A DNA stretch of 64,000 bases from Octopus sinensis (Eukaryota). The DNA lies in the NCBI RefSeq assembly GCF_006345805.1, contig NC_043025.1, positions 16,120,001 through 16,184,000 on the forward strand. Reading direction: 5' to 3'. The notes under the pieces are model-generated. The model made no database searches and was not told where the DNA came from. It saw only the letters and a program-made list of their open reading frames with translations. Of the stretch, positions 11,949 through 25,117 are shown one piece after another; the first letter of the stretch is position 1, and each line of letters begins with the position of its first letter. The position numbers were made by a program, and so were the translations under genes.

Positions 11949-12214
11949 AAAAATATTGTCTGTGTGATGCCCAAAACATTCTAATCTGTAAACAGTGTCA
12001 AAATACTTTTAAATGTACAGAATGGCAAACGCCTTTTATTGTTATCATCTTATAATCAAATTACTTTTAAAACAAAATTCCCATTTCCTTAAGTTTTCAC
12101 AGACATTTTCTAGAACAATACTTTGTGCAAGGGACCTAATTATGGGACCCTAATCCTAATGCCAACTTGAACTCTTAACTTGTCTCTTGAGTTGAGACTT
12201 GGAGTCAACTACTC

Positions 12215-12605
12215 TTTTACTCTTTTACTTGTTTCAGTCATTTGACTGCGGCCATGCTGGAGCACCGCCTTTAGTCGAGCAAATCGACCCTGGGACTTAT
12301 TCTTTGTAAGCCCAGTACTTATTCTATCGGTCTCTTTTGCCGAACCGCTAAGTGACGGGGACGTAAACACACCAGCATCGGTTGTCAAGCAATGCTAGGG
12401 GGATAAACACAGACACACAAACACACACACACACATATACATATATACGACGGGCTTCTTTCAGTTTCCATCTACCAAATCCACTCACAAGGCTTTGGTC
12501 GGCCCGAGGCTATAGTAGAAGACACTTGCCCAAGGTGCCACGCAGTGGGACTGAACCCGGAATCATGTGGTTGGTAAGCAAGCTACTTACCACACAGCCA
12601 CTCCT
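12215..12605 (-). mobile_element. tRNA-derived SINE, family A
   Basis: Reverse complement of family A, full length. Confidence 0.85.
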
Positions 12606-12639
12606 GTGCCTAGTACACATACAAAGCAAAAGTCAAGCA

Positions 12640-12661
12640 TAATAATAATAATGATAATAAT

Positions 12662-12696
<35 letters not shown>

Positions 12697-12881
12697 GTAA
12701 TTAATAATAATAATAATAATAATGATAATAATAATAATTAATAATAATAATAATCTAATAATAATAATAATAATAATAATAATGATAATAATAATAATTA
12801 ATAATAATAATAATGATAATAATAATAATTAATAAATAATAATGATAATAATAATAATTATAATAATATAATGATAATAAT

Positions 12882-12916
<35 letters not shown>

Positions 12917-13032
12917 ATAATAATAATAATAATAATGATAATAAAATTAATAATATAATATAATAATAATAATAATACTATAATGATAATAATAATAATT
13001 AATAATAATAATAATAATTAATAATAATAATA

Positions 13033-13070
<38 letters not shown>

Positions 13071-13386
13071 TTAATAATAATATAATAATAATAATATAAT
13101 AATTATAATAATAATAATAATTAATAATATAATAATAATAAGAGAATAATATAATAATAATAATTAATAATAATAAGAATAATGATAATAATAATAATTA
13201 AAATAATAATAATAATAATAATAATATAATAATAAATAATTAATATAATAATAATAATAATAAGAATAATAATAATAATAATAATTAATAATATATTAAT
13301 AATATAATAATAATAATATGATAATAATAATAATATAATAATTAATAATAATAAGAATAATTAATAATAATAATAATGATAATAAT

Positions 13387-13423
<37 letters not shown>

Positions 13424-13660
13424 TAATAATAATAATATGATAATAATAATAATTAATAATAATAATAATAATAATATAATTAATAATAAAATAATGATAA
13501 TAATAATAATTAATATATAATAATATATAATAATAATATAATAATAATAATGATAATAATAATAATTAATAATAATAATGAAATAATAATAAAAATAACA
13601 ATATAATAATGATAATAATAATAATTAATAATAATAATAATAATTAATAATAATAATAAT

Positions 13661-13725
<65 letters not shown>

Positions 13726-14024
13726 TAATAATAATAATAATTAATAATAATAATATAATAAAATAATTAATAACTCTCAAAAATAATTTACCATCATTTT
13801 TTTCCATTTTTTTGCTATTTTTGGGCTATAACTCTCTAAAAATGCTTTATAGTTATTTCCCTTACAACCTGAGCAACGCCGGGCGATACTGCTAGTTAAT
13901 AATAATAATAATAATAATATATAATAATAATAATAATAATTAATAATAATAATAATAATATGATAATAATAATAATTAATCATAATAATATAATAATAAT
14001 AATTAATAATAATAATAATATAAT

Positions 14025-14089
<65 letters not shown>

Positions 14090-14240
14090 TAATAATAATA
14101 TAATAATGATAATAATAATATTAATAATAATAATAATAATAATAATAATTAATAATAATAATAATGATAATAATAATAATTAATAATAATACGCATAATA
14201 AATAATAATAATATTAATAATATAATAATGATATAATAAT

Positions 14241-14271
<31 letters not shown>

Positions 14272-14304
14272 TAATAATAATAATAATATAATAATATAAT
14301 TAAT

Positions 14305-14373
<69 letters not shown>

Positions 14374-14493
14374 ATAATAATATAATTATAATAATAATAA
14401 TAATAATAAGAATAATTAATAATATAATTAATAATAATATATAATAATTATAATAATATATAATAATAATAATTAATAAATAATAATAATAAT

Positions 14494-14525
<32 letters not shown>

Positions 14526-14836
14526 GATATTAATAAAATAATAATAATAATATAATAATTAATAATATAATAATAATAATGATAATAATAATAATTAATA
14601 TAATAATAATAATAATAATATAATTAATAATAATATATGATAATAATAATAATTATATAAAATAATAATAATAATAATATATAATAATTATAATAATATA
14701 ATATAATAATAATTATATAATAATAAAGAAATAATAATAATAATAATAATATATAATGATAATAATAATAATTAATATAATAATAATAATAATAATAATA
14801 ATATTAATAATAATAATTAATAATGATAATAATAAT

Positions 14837-14869
<33 letters not shown>

Positions 14870-14925
14870 TAATAATAATAATATAATAATATAATTATAA
14901 TAATAATAATAATAATGATAATAAT

Positions 14926-14957
<32 letters not shown>

Positions 14958-15106
14958 ATTAATAATAATAATAATGATTATAAAATAATAATTAATAATA
15001 ATAGAATAATAATAATAATAATTAATAATAATAATAATGATAATAATAATAATTAATAATAATAATAATATAATAATAATAATAATAATATAATAATGAT
15101 AATAAT

Positions 15107-15149
<43 letters not shown>

Positions 15150-15190
15150 TAATAATAATAATAATGAAATAATAATAATTAATAATAATA
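12640..15190. repeat. (AAT)n microsatellite, about 2.5 kb, interrupted once
   Basis: Direct reading. Confidence 0.97.
13775..13896 (-). mobile_element. Helentron/HINE-type element 5' fragment
   Basis: Reverse complement of 19583-19700 (ctagcagtatcgcccggcgttgctc). Confidence 0.7.
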
Positions 15191-15200
15191 ATAATAATCA

Positions 15201-15328
15201 CATCCTACGCAGAACACTTGTCCATTCCACAATACCATCAGAGCATCACAACAAATCACAGCACATACCCAAGGCACACAGAGCTGCGCTCGGTAGTGAA
15301 GTGAAAGCACGCTATAAAAATAAAACTA

Positions 15329-15376
<48 letters not shown>

Positions 15377-15380
15377 CAGA
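15201..15380 (+). mobile_element. 3' end of an R4-type retrotransposon with (AAT)n tail
   Basis: Reads ILRRTLSI (REL C-terminal end) followed by a short UTR and aataataat. Confidence 0.5.
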
Positions 15381-15997
15381 CACCAAATTCAGCTCCTTAT
15401 GTCTGACATAGAATGTTTAAAAAACCTTAAGTTTGACAAGACTATCAAACCAACAAAAATCCGAAAATTAAAGAAAAAAATATATGAAAACCTTCAATTC
15501 CACCATAGAAACTCTCAAGTAAAACGCATGTGCTAAAGCTGCAAATTATGAAAAGTGTGTTCAAGTCTTTAAATGTTAAAAAAATTATTCCAAAAATTTT
15601 TACAGGAAGATAGGGAAAATATGAGTTTCAGTAAAGTGTGTCCCATCAAAAGAAGAAGTGCAGGAATTTTGGAATGACATTTGGGCAGAAGAAAAAACAC
15701 ACAATGAAAAGGTCCCTTGGATTGACTGAATATTTACAGACTTAGACTCCTTAGAAGAGCAAAAGTGGGAGGGTGTCAAGGTAGAGGATGTAAGATCTAC
15801 TCCCAGGAAGTCAAGCAAATGGAAGTCTCCAAGAAAGGATAAAATTCCTAACTTCTGGTTGAATGCCTTCCCAGAGAATCATGAACTGCAAACAAAACTT
15901 TGCAACAACCTAGTATGGTTTCCTCTTGGCTAGTTAATGGTGTAACATTCCTACTTCCAAAAACTGAAGAAACAAATGAACCACAAAATTATGGACC

Positions 15998-16493
15998 CAT
16001 GGAATTCGCATCATCAGTTTGGAACCCCTATCTTGCTCAGAACATTGACCTCCTGGAATCTGTCCAGAGACGTGCAACCAAACGCATACCCTCCATCAGA
16101 CACCTACCATATTCTGAGCGCCTTTTTTCCCTGGGCATGGATTCACTGAAGCTCCGGCGATGGACTTGGTAAACACCCACAAAGTTATCAACCACCTCAC
16201 CAACAACAACACTGAACACCTTTTTGATCTCCATGTGTCTAACACACGTGGACATGCCTACAAAGTCAGAAAACAGCACAGCTCCCATGACTTTCGGAAA
16301 CATTTTTTCACGCTCAGAGTTGCTGAAGCATGGAATAAACTGCCTGCGTCAGTTGTTGACTGCCATGACACTGCATCCTTTAAGGCCCTCATGCTTTCCG
16401 AAATCCGCCGAAACTACACCTGATTATATATACACTTTAGATGAGTTGTAGTGCACCTAAGCACTGTACACAATTATTATTATTATTATTATT
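15998..16493 (+). mobile_element. CR1-type LINE 3' fragment nested in the R4-type element
   Basis: EFASSVWNPYL...LESVQRRATK...NTRGH...FFTLRVAEAWNKLP*, (ATT)n tail; interrupts the host NYRPI-TCL motif. Confidence 0.85.
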
Positions 16494-17516
16494 TAACAAT
16501 AATACATAAAATATTAACATCTGTCTTGACTGAATATACCTATAGTGTTTTAATAGAAAGTGGCATATTCCCTAAAGAGGAAGAAGGATGTAAACGTGGG
16601 TCCTATGGTTATAAAGATCAGTAATTCTTCAATAAGAGGATCTTGGAAGATTGTCACAAACGACACAAAAACTTGTCGATAGCCTGGATTGACTATAAAA
16701 AACTACTGATAGTTTGCCACATAGCTGGATAAAGAAATGTCTGGAAATGTATAAAATAACTCCTATTCTGTGAAACTTTTTGTCTGTAAGTATGAAATCA
16801 TGGAGAACCACACTGGCTTTGAACAGTGTCAATGAATCTCTAAATGCTGGAGATGTAAGAATTTCATGTGGCGTTTTTCAGGGTGACTCTCTATCACCAC
16901 TCCTCGAAATTGCTCGATGATGTACAATACGGCTGTAAAATGCTTGATAAAAATATAAATCCTCTCTTTTACATGGATGATTTAAAGCTCTTTGAAAAAA
17001 ATGACCAACAACTACAGGGCTTACTAGCAATTGCTAAACAATTCAGTTGATGATATCAGAATGCAATCTGGCCTCAATAAATGTGCAAAAGCTACTTTTA
17101 TCAAAGGGAAAATGACAGAAACATCCAATGCTAATCTTGACCGGCAGAATGTCATAAAGGAGTTAGAACCAGCAGAGAGCTACAAATACCTAGGGGCATT
17201 TGAAGGTGATGGAATCAAGCATTCAGTAATGAGGGAAAGGATCAGAAGAGAATATTATCTCAGGGTAAGGGCAGTACTCAAGACAGAGCTGAATGTAATC
17301 AGCTTAAGCATGAAATAGTCCGGCTATGGAAAAAGAAGAAGGTGAAGACAGCGCCAATTATTGTTGGGTCCTTGGGGACAGGATCAGAAGGCATCAAGAC
17401 GAATGTCAAAGAAATTGGAAAAGAGTGCCCTGTAGAACTGTTACAAGAGGTTTGCCTCCTTTGCATGGCTGGAATAATCAGAAAAGTATTGAATAGCTGA
17501 ATTGAACAAATAGCAT

Positions 17517-17803
17517 GGTACCATTGGCTGCAGGTACCATTGGCTGCAGGTACCATTGGCTGCAGGTACCATTGGCTGTAGGTACCATTGGCTGCAGGTA
17601 CCATTGGCTGCAGGTACCATTGGCTGCAGGTACCATTGGCTGCAGGTACCATTGGCTGTAGGTACCATTGGCTGCAGGTACCATTGGCTGCAGGTACCAT
17701 TGGCTGCAGGTACCATTGGCTGCAGGTACCATTGGCTGTAGGTACCATTGGCTGCAGGTACCATTGGCTGTAGGTACCATTGGCTGCAGGTACCATTGGC
17801 TGC
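17517..17803. repeat. 16-bp tandem repeat, about 18 copies, in the R4 element 3' UTR
   Basis: Unit ggtaccattggctg(c/t)a. Confidence 0.95.
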
Positions 17804-19084
17804 TATGCAAGACTCCAGGAGTTCCAACAAAACCTGTGATAAAGAGAAATAATAATAATAATAATAATAATCCTGTTTGCTATAAGTTTAAGGCCTGAAA
17901 TTTTGGGAGAGGAGTATAATTGATTACATCAACCCCAGTACATGACTGGTACTTATTTTATCAACCCTGAAAGGATGAAAGGCAAAGCCAACCTCAATGG
18001 AATTTGAACTCAGAACGCAAGGACAGATGAAATGTTGCCTGGTGTGCTAACACTTCTGCCAGCTCATGTAAATTCTAGCTGAGCCTCACCTACAAGGCCA
18101 GGCACTGTTTATCTTGATACAAGATTACCACATATGGTTGTGATGTCTGGTGTAATCTTATCAGATGGGTCACCATGATGGGCAGATTAGGTTTTGTATA
18201 TTTGTGCCCCAGTGTCACCTTGATGGCATGTGCCACTCTCTCACAATGACACCAATAATAATATATTAAAACAAAACTGTGTGAAAACAGTGTATTGATG
18301 TGTAAGGTGGAAGATAATGAAAGATTATGGAAGATAAAGGGAGATTATGGGATATGTAAAAAGGAGATTAAAATGAAGTAGAAATAGAAATGGATTACTG
18401 CTTAGCATAAGATGGTAGACAGTAAAATTCATTAAAGTTTTGACATTTTTCAGTGAAGGGTTTTGGCTGTCAGTGATTGACCCCCATTTGTCTCACAAAC
18501 AACTTTTACAGGTTTTTGGGTCAGTTTTTGGGGAACCAATTACTTAGGTTATCCACCATCACCTCTCTCTCTCTCTCTCTCTCTTGGTCAGCCCATCTGA
18601 AGCCAGCTTCTAAAGCTGTCCAGTATCTTCTCTCTCTCTTTCTCACCCCTCTCTCTCTCTCCCTCAGTCTTTTTGTACTCAACTGTTCCCCCTCCCCTTC
18701 TCAAACACCCTGACACACTTTCACCATCTTTTCCCTTCTCTTTCCCAACTGAGATGACCTTTATCCTACTCGAGTTTTAAACCTCTCATCCACTGGCACA
18801 AATCCACAACCCTCAACACTAAACCCTAACCCAGCTGAGAGGGTTGTGCCTCATGAGTTACTTGGCAACACAAATGATGCTGTTAGCATGTAAAAGGCAT
18901 CCTGGACAATCTTTGAGTGGGGAGTGTTAAGGAGGGCATCCACCAGCCATGGAGACCCTGCTCAAGCAGACAATGGAGCACGGTCCAGTCTTTGGGCCTG
19001 TAAGATCTTGAAGCCCCTACTTAGTCAAAGGGGATTTCAGTCTAGCAAGTTCCTTGGTAACCTTGCTGGTGCTGATCTCATGCC

Positions 19085-19335
19085 AAAATAAAGCACCCAG
19101 TACACTCAGTAAAGTGGTTGGCACATCTGGCCCCTGTGCCAGTGGCACGTGAAAAGCACCCACTACACTCACGGAGTGGTTGGCGTTAGGAAGGGCATCC
19201 AGCTGTAGAAATACTGCCAGATCAGACTGGAGTCTGGGGCAGCCTCCTGGCTTCCCAGACCCCTGTTGAACCATCCAACCCATGCTAGCATGGAAAGCGG
19301 ACGTTAAACGATGATGATTGATGATGATTGATGAT
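19085..19335 (+). mobile_element. RTE LINE 3' UTR fragment
   Basis: Same tail family with (GAT)n end. Confidence 0.8.
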
Positions 19336-19582
19336 TGATGATCCAGCCGTAGAAACTAGGCTGAATCAGATGACAGATATTGGTGTAGTCCTCTCGCTTA
19401 AAACAAAACACACACACACACGTGTGTGTGTGTGTGGTGATACGAAGGTGATTTTATCAGCTGAACACTTAATGTGGTGCTCTAGCATGGCCGCGATACA
19501 AAGATTGAAACAAATAAAAGAATAAAAAACAATGTTTACAGCGATGCGCATAATTATGTGAATGTGTGTGTGTATATATATA

Positions 19583-19951
19583 TACTAGCAGTATCGCCCG
19601 GCGTTGCTCGGGTTTGTAAGGGAAATAACTATAAAGCACTTTTAGAGAGTTATAGCCAAAAAATAGCAAAAAAATGGGGGAAAACGATGGTAAATTTTTT
19701 TTTGATAGTTAAAAAGGTCGAGTTGCGTCCCCTACACCATCTGCGGTTTGTGTTTCTGATTGTCGACCCCATGTCGAATTTATCGATCTTTTTCAGAACT
19801 GGGGGAACTTTTCAAAATTTTCGCTGCGTTAGTTTTGAATTATGACATTGGGCTATGTGTGTGTCAAGTTTCATCAGAATCGGTTGAAAGCCGTGGTTAG
19901 GGTGAGGGTACAACCTGACAGACACACAGACACACACACAGACAAACTGCC

Positions 19952-19955
<4 letters not shown>
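19583..19955 (+). mobile_element. Non-autonomous Helentron/HINE-like element in a (TA)n site
   Basis: Starts tactagcagtatcgcccggcgttgctcggg (short internal stem), contains aagtttcatcagaatcggttg and cagacacacagac near the 3' end, ends ttt before (TA)n; layout typical of DINE-1/HINE elements. Confidence 0.65.
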
Positions 19956-19991
<36 letters not shown>

Positions 19992-20299
19992 TCTTTTACT
20001 CTTTTACTTGTTTCAATCATTTGACTGCGGCCATGCTGGAGCACCGCCTTTAGACGAGCAAATCGACCCCGGGACTTGTTCTTTGTAAGCCCAGTACTTA
20101 TTCTATCGGTCTCTTTTGCCGAACCGCTAATGCAAATATGTGTATGTATGTATGTATATCATCATCATCATCATTTTACGTCTGCTTTCCATGCTCAGCA
20201 TGGGTTGGACGATTTGACCGAGGTCTGGCGAACCAGACTCCAATCTGATCTGGCAGAGTTTCAACAAAAACAATAACAACACGTAACAAAAACATCGGA

Positions 20300-20405
20300 G
20301 GGTATTCACCATCCACTTCAATTACTTCTTCCCATTTGCTTGGCAGACGGTCAGAAGAATCGTTTTAAAATGTTTCTGTTAAATGTTTTTGTTTTTGTTG
20401 AATAA
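20300..20405 (-). mobile_element. mariner transposase C-terminal fragment
   Basis: Minus strand reads DRLPSKWEEVIEVDGEY, resembling the mariner LPERW.KVI...GEY terminus. Confidence 0.55.
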
Positions 20406-20426
20406 AATTTACTGAAAAAAAAGCTG

Positions 20427-20797
20427 GGCGATCTTTTGTCTCCAGTAGACCTTTCCGTCGATTTCCGTAAAAAACTTCTTTTTCTTTTTACACATGGGCT
20501 TGCGGGAACTTTTGAAGTAATGAGAGCGAAAGAGACTAAGAGAAAGCGATTGTATGACGAGGGAAGTTCTTTTGAAGTTACCGTCCAGGGGAAGCATTGA
20601 TGTACATGTGTGTGTGTGTGTGTGTGTGTTTGATGGGGTGTGCACGGTAACTTGAAAAGAACTTCCCTCGTCATACAATCGCTTTCTCTTAGTCTCTTTC
20701 GCTCTCATTACTTCAAAAGTTCCCGCAAGCCCATATGTAAAAGAAAAAAAGAATTTTTACGGAAATCGACGGAAAGGTCTACTAGAGACGAAAGATT
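20427..20797. mobile_element. Fold-back element, short version of the 5999-6882 family
   Basis: 20427-20587 is the reverse complement of 20645-20797. Confidence 0.75.
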
Positions 20798-20839
20798 GCC
20801 AAAAGCTGTAATAATTACGCACCAACCTAATACATATAC

Positions 20840-20851
20840 ATACATACATTA

Positions 20852-20897
<46 letters not shown>

Positions 20898-20933
20898 ATA
20901 TGTATATATATGTATATATAATATATATATATG

Positions 20934-20969
<36 letters not shown>

Positions 20970-21019
20970 TTTGAACATATATATATATATAGATATATAT
21001 ATTATATATATAATATATA

Positions 21020-21050
<31 letters not shown>

Positions 21051-21112
21051 TGAACATATATATATATATATAGATATATATGTATATATATATATGTTCA
21101 AATATATATATA

Positions 21113-21157
<45 letters not shown>

Positions 21158-21225
21158 GTATATATATATATATATATGATATATATATATATATTGTATG
21201 TATGTATGTATATATACACATACAT
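20840..21225. repeat. (TA)n microsatellite
   Basis: Direct reading. Confidence 0.95.
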
Positions 21226-21408
21226 GAATAGGTGAGGGTGCGCGTGTCCGTGCGCGTGTCAGCATTTGAACGTGAGAGTGTTTGTGGGAATCATTAAATA
21301 ATATGGAAGCAGAAAAGTGACATAAGCGAGCGAACTCGTTACCAACCAATCCGAATAGGAGAACAAACTTTGTTTACAACTCTCTCTCTCTTTCCATCTT
21401 TCTCTCGT

Positions 21409-21451
<43 letters not shown>

Positions 21452-21924
21452 CTCTGTCTCAAAGCGAGGGAGACAAGTTTAAATAAGGGGTAGCAGTTAA
21501 AAGTACAAGAACGGGAGGGATAGGAGAGAGAGAGAGAGAGAAATAAAGTAAGACTGACGTAGGAGAGTGCGAGTCGGTTACTAATAACGTTGTGGGAGGA
21601 GGATTGCTAAAGCTTGGGAAGAGGAGGAGGAGGAGGAGACGAAGCACGTCGCAGCCTCCGACGTTTAAAGATGGCGTTGTTATCTTTTACTTGTTTCTGT
21701 CATCAGACTGCGGCCATGCTGGGGCACCACCTCGAAGAATTTATTTTTAAAGTCGAATAAATCGACCCTAGTACTTGATTTTCCTTTGTTCTTTATTTCA
21801 TTAATTTTTCAAGTCTGGTACGTATTCTGTCATTCTCTATTGCCGAACTGCGAAGTCACAAGGACGCAAATACACCAACACAGGTTGTCAAGCGGTGGAG
21901 GGGGTGGGTGGTGGTTGTGGCAAA

Positions 21925-22022
21925 CACACACACACACGCACACACGCGCACACACGCGCACACACACACACACGCACACACACACACACACGCGCACACA
22001 CACACACACACACACACACATG

Positions 22023-22054
<32 letters not shown>

Positions 22055-22150
22055 CACACGCACACGCGCGCACACACACACACACACGCAGCACGCACGC
22101 ACGCACACACACGCACACACGCGCACGCGCACACACACACACACACATGC
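21925..22150. repeat. (CA)n/(CGCA)n microsatellite
   Basis: Direct reading. Confidence 0.95.
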
Positions 22151-22852
22151 ATATATAGGTACAGGATGTCACCAAAGGTTTGAACAGCATGAAATACATA
22201 AACAATGAGAGAAAAAAACAATGTAAAAGCAGGTCAAGTAAACACAGAGAAAGGAGCCTCCATCAGTTGTCTGTCTGTCTGTCTACTCCTCATTTCGAGC
22301 ATTCAACGACAATATGAGTCTTCAAAGACAGCTGCTCCCATAATTTCTGAAATAAAATTTAGGATTTTATGGAGGGTCAAATTTGGGAAGAAAAAACAGG
22401 ACAGTGGAAACATAGAAGGAAACTGAATGAAAGCAAACATGGAGGGTCATTAGACCAGAATGAGAGGAAAACACTCATTCTGGTCTAACAACCCTCTGTC
22501 TTTGCTTTCGTATATATATGTATATGTATGTATGTATATCATCATCATCATCAGTGAGTGGATTTGGTAGACGGAAACTGAAAGAAGCCCGTCGTATATA
22601 TGTATATGTATATATATATATACATATATGCGTGTGTGTTTGTGTGTCTGTGTTTGTTCCCCTAGCATTGCTTGACAACCGATGCTGGTGTGTTTATGTC
22701 CCCGTTACTTAGCGGTTCGGCAAAAGAGACCGATAGAATAAGTACTGGGCTTATGAAAGAATAAGTCCCGGGGTCGAGTTGCTCGATTAAAGGCAGTGCT
22801 CCAGCATGGCTGCAGTCAAATGACTGAAACAAGTAAAAGAGTATATATATAT

Positions 22853-25079
22853 AGATGCCACTATGAAAGGTTGCTGAATAAAGAAAATGAATGGGATAAA
22901 GAGAGTCTGCCGAATGTCGACCCAACAGAGGGACCAGCCATCCGAGTTGAAAATTCTTTGGTAGTTAAAGCAATTAGAAGCATGAAGACAGGGAAAGCCC
23001 CAGGCCCATCAGGAATTACTGCAGAGATGCTCAAAATATCTGGCAGTGTCGGCTATAACCTAGTCACCCGTATAGTCAACCAGGTGATACACGAAGGAGT
23101 CATACCCAATGACTGGTGTAGCAGCATACTAGTCAACTGATACAAAGGTAAAGGTGATGCCCTAGATACAAATAACTACAGGGGTATCAAGCTGTTGGAT
23201 CAGGTAATGAAGGTTACGGAGAGGGTCATAGCCCAACTAATTAGAGAGAGAGAGTCAGTTTGGATGAGATGCAGTTTGGGTTCGTGCCAGGTAAAAGTAC
23301 CACTGATGCTATATTCCTGGTAAGGCAGCTGCAGGAGAAATACCTAGCCAAAGATAAGCCCCTGTACCTGGCTTTCGTTGACATGGAGAAAGCCTTTGAT
23401 AGGGTCCCCCATCCCTTATCTGGTGGTCAATGAGGAAACTAGGGATAGATGAATGGCTGGTGAGGGCTGTGCAAGCCATGTATAGGGACGCTGCTAGTAA
23501 GGTGAGGGTTGGCAACGAGTACAGTGAAGAATTCCGGGTAGAGGTAGGGGTCCACCAAGGCTCAGTCCTCAGCCCCCTCCTATTTATCATAGTCCTCCAG
23601 GCAATAACGAAGGAATTCAAGACAGGATGCCCTGGGAGCTCCTCTATGCTGAGTCACTATCAGAACTGGAGGAGAAGTTTCAGGTGTGGAAGCAAGGTTT
23701 AGAATCGAAGGGCCTTAGAGTCAATCTAGCTAAAACCAAAGTCGTAATAAGTAGGAAGGTAGACAAATCACAAATGCCTTCAGGTAGATGGCCCTGCTCG
23801 ATCTGTAGAAAAGGTGTAGGTAGAAACTCTATAAGATGTACCCAGTGTAAGCTATGGACACATAAGAGGTGCAGCAATGTCAAAGGTAGGCTAACTGGGA
23901 TGATAGTTTTTGTATGTGGCAGATGCTCGGGAGCATTAACCTCCGAAAATCTGCAGAAAACAACTTCCGTCACTTACCAGGGGGAAAAACTAGAAGTAGT
24001 TGATAGCTTCCGTTATCTAGGTGACCAAGTCAGTAGCAGAGGCATGTGTGTTGAAAGTGTAACTGCTAGAATAAGAATAGCCTGGGCAAAGTTTAGGGAG
24101 CTCTTACCTCTGCTGGTGACTAAAGGCCTCTCGCTCAGAGTAAAAGGCAGACTGTATGATGCATGTGCACGAACAGCCATGCCACATGGCAGTGAAACAT
24201 AGGCAGTGACTGCTGAGGATATGCGTAAGCTTGCAAGAAATGAAGCCAGTATGCTCCGATGGATGTGTAATGTCAGTGTACTTACTCGACAGAGTGTTAG
24301 TACCTTGAGAGAAATGTTGGACCTAAGAAGCATCAGTTGTGGTGTGCAAGAGAGACGATTGCGCTGGTATGGTCATGTGGCGAGAATGGATGAAGATAGG
24401 TGTGTGAGAAAGTGCCAATCCCTAGCTGTTGAGGGAACCCGTGGAAGAGGTAGACCCAGGAAAACCTGGGACGAGGTGGTGAAGCACGACCTTCGAACTT
24501 TAGGCCTCACTGAGGAAATGACCAGCGACCGAGACCTTTGGAAATATGCTGTACGTGAGAAGACCAGGCAGGACAAGCGAGCCCAGCCCACTTATGCATG
24601 CCTTTCCTCCCTTGGACACACAAAGACCTGTTGAGGCAAGCGTAGTCGATATCGAACCTCATCCAACGACAGGCACCCATGCCAACCCCCTTTGCTTACG
24701 AAGACATGTTGGGGCAAGTGAAATCGAAATTGAACCAATCCTATGACTGGCACCCGGCAGATGCCAGGACCCCTGGACTGGTGGTACGTAAAAAGCACTA
24801 TCCGACTCGTGGCTCGACTGGCTTCCGTGCCGGTGGCACGTAAATTGCACCAATCCGACCATGGCCGATGCCAGCCTCGCCTGGCACCTGTGCGGGTGGC
24901 ACGTAAAAAGCACCCACAACACTCACGGAGTGGTTGGCGTTAGGAAGGGCATCCAGCTGTAGAAACATTGCCAGATAAGACTGGAGCCTGATGAAGCCTT
25001 CTGGCTTCCCAGATCCCCGGTCGAACCGTCCAATCCATGCTAGCATGGAGAATGGACGTTAAACGATGATGATGATGAT
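22853..25079 (+). mobile_element. RTE LINE, 5'-truncated, RT with an internal Cys/His finger, complete 3' UTR
   Basis: KAPGPSG, NYRGIKLL, AFVDMEKAFDRVP, GVHQGSVLSPLLF, YLG, RLRWYGHV, GRGRPRKTW motifs; CSIC...CTQC...HKRC...CGRC insert; (GAT)n tail; several stops and frameshifts. Confidence 0.92.
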
Positions 25080-25117
25080 ATAGTGTTTGAGAAAAAGGGG
25101 ACAATCATAATATATAT

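Larger units (their letters stand above)
15420..17870 (+). mobile_element. R4/Dong-type (REL-endonuclease) non-LTR retrotransposon, degraded and internally deleted
   Basis: EFWNDIW, NY(R)PI, GVFQGDSLSPLL, FYMDDLKL, YKYLG, PIIVGSLG, GIIRKVLN motifs in order; (AAT)n tail at 17850-17870. Confidence 0.85.

Noticed and set aside
10420-11979. 500-aa K/E/R-rich and F/L/S-rich ORFs
   Set aside because: Translation of a GAA/GGA microsatellite.
17517-17803. 16-bp palindromic repeats as CRISPR
   Set aside because: Head-to-tail tandem with no spacers.
18815-18835. taaaccctaaccc telomere-like motif
   Set aside because: Only two imperfect units.
24985-25030. CTGATGA in the RTE tail (also 25750 minus, 19820 minus, 16011 minus, 7120 minus, 55610 minus)
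   Set aside because: No correctly placed GAAA, stem III or stem I partner; not hammerheads.
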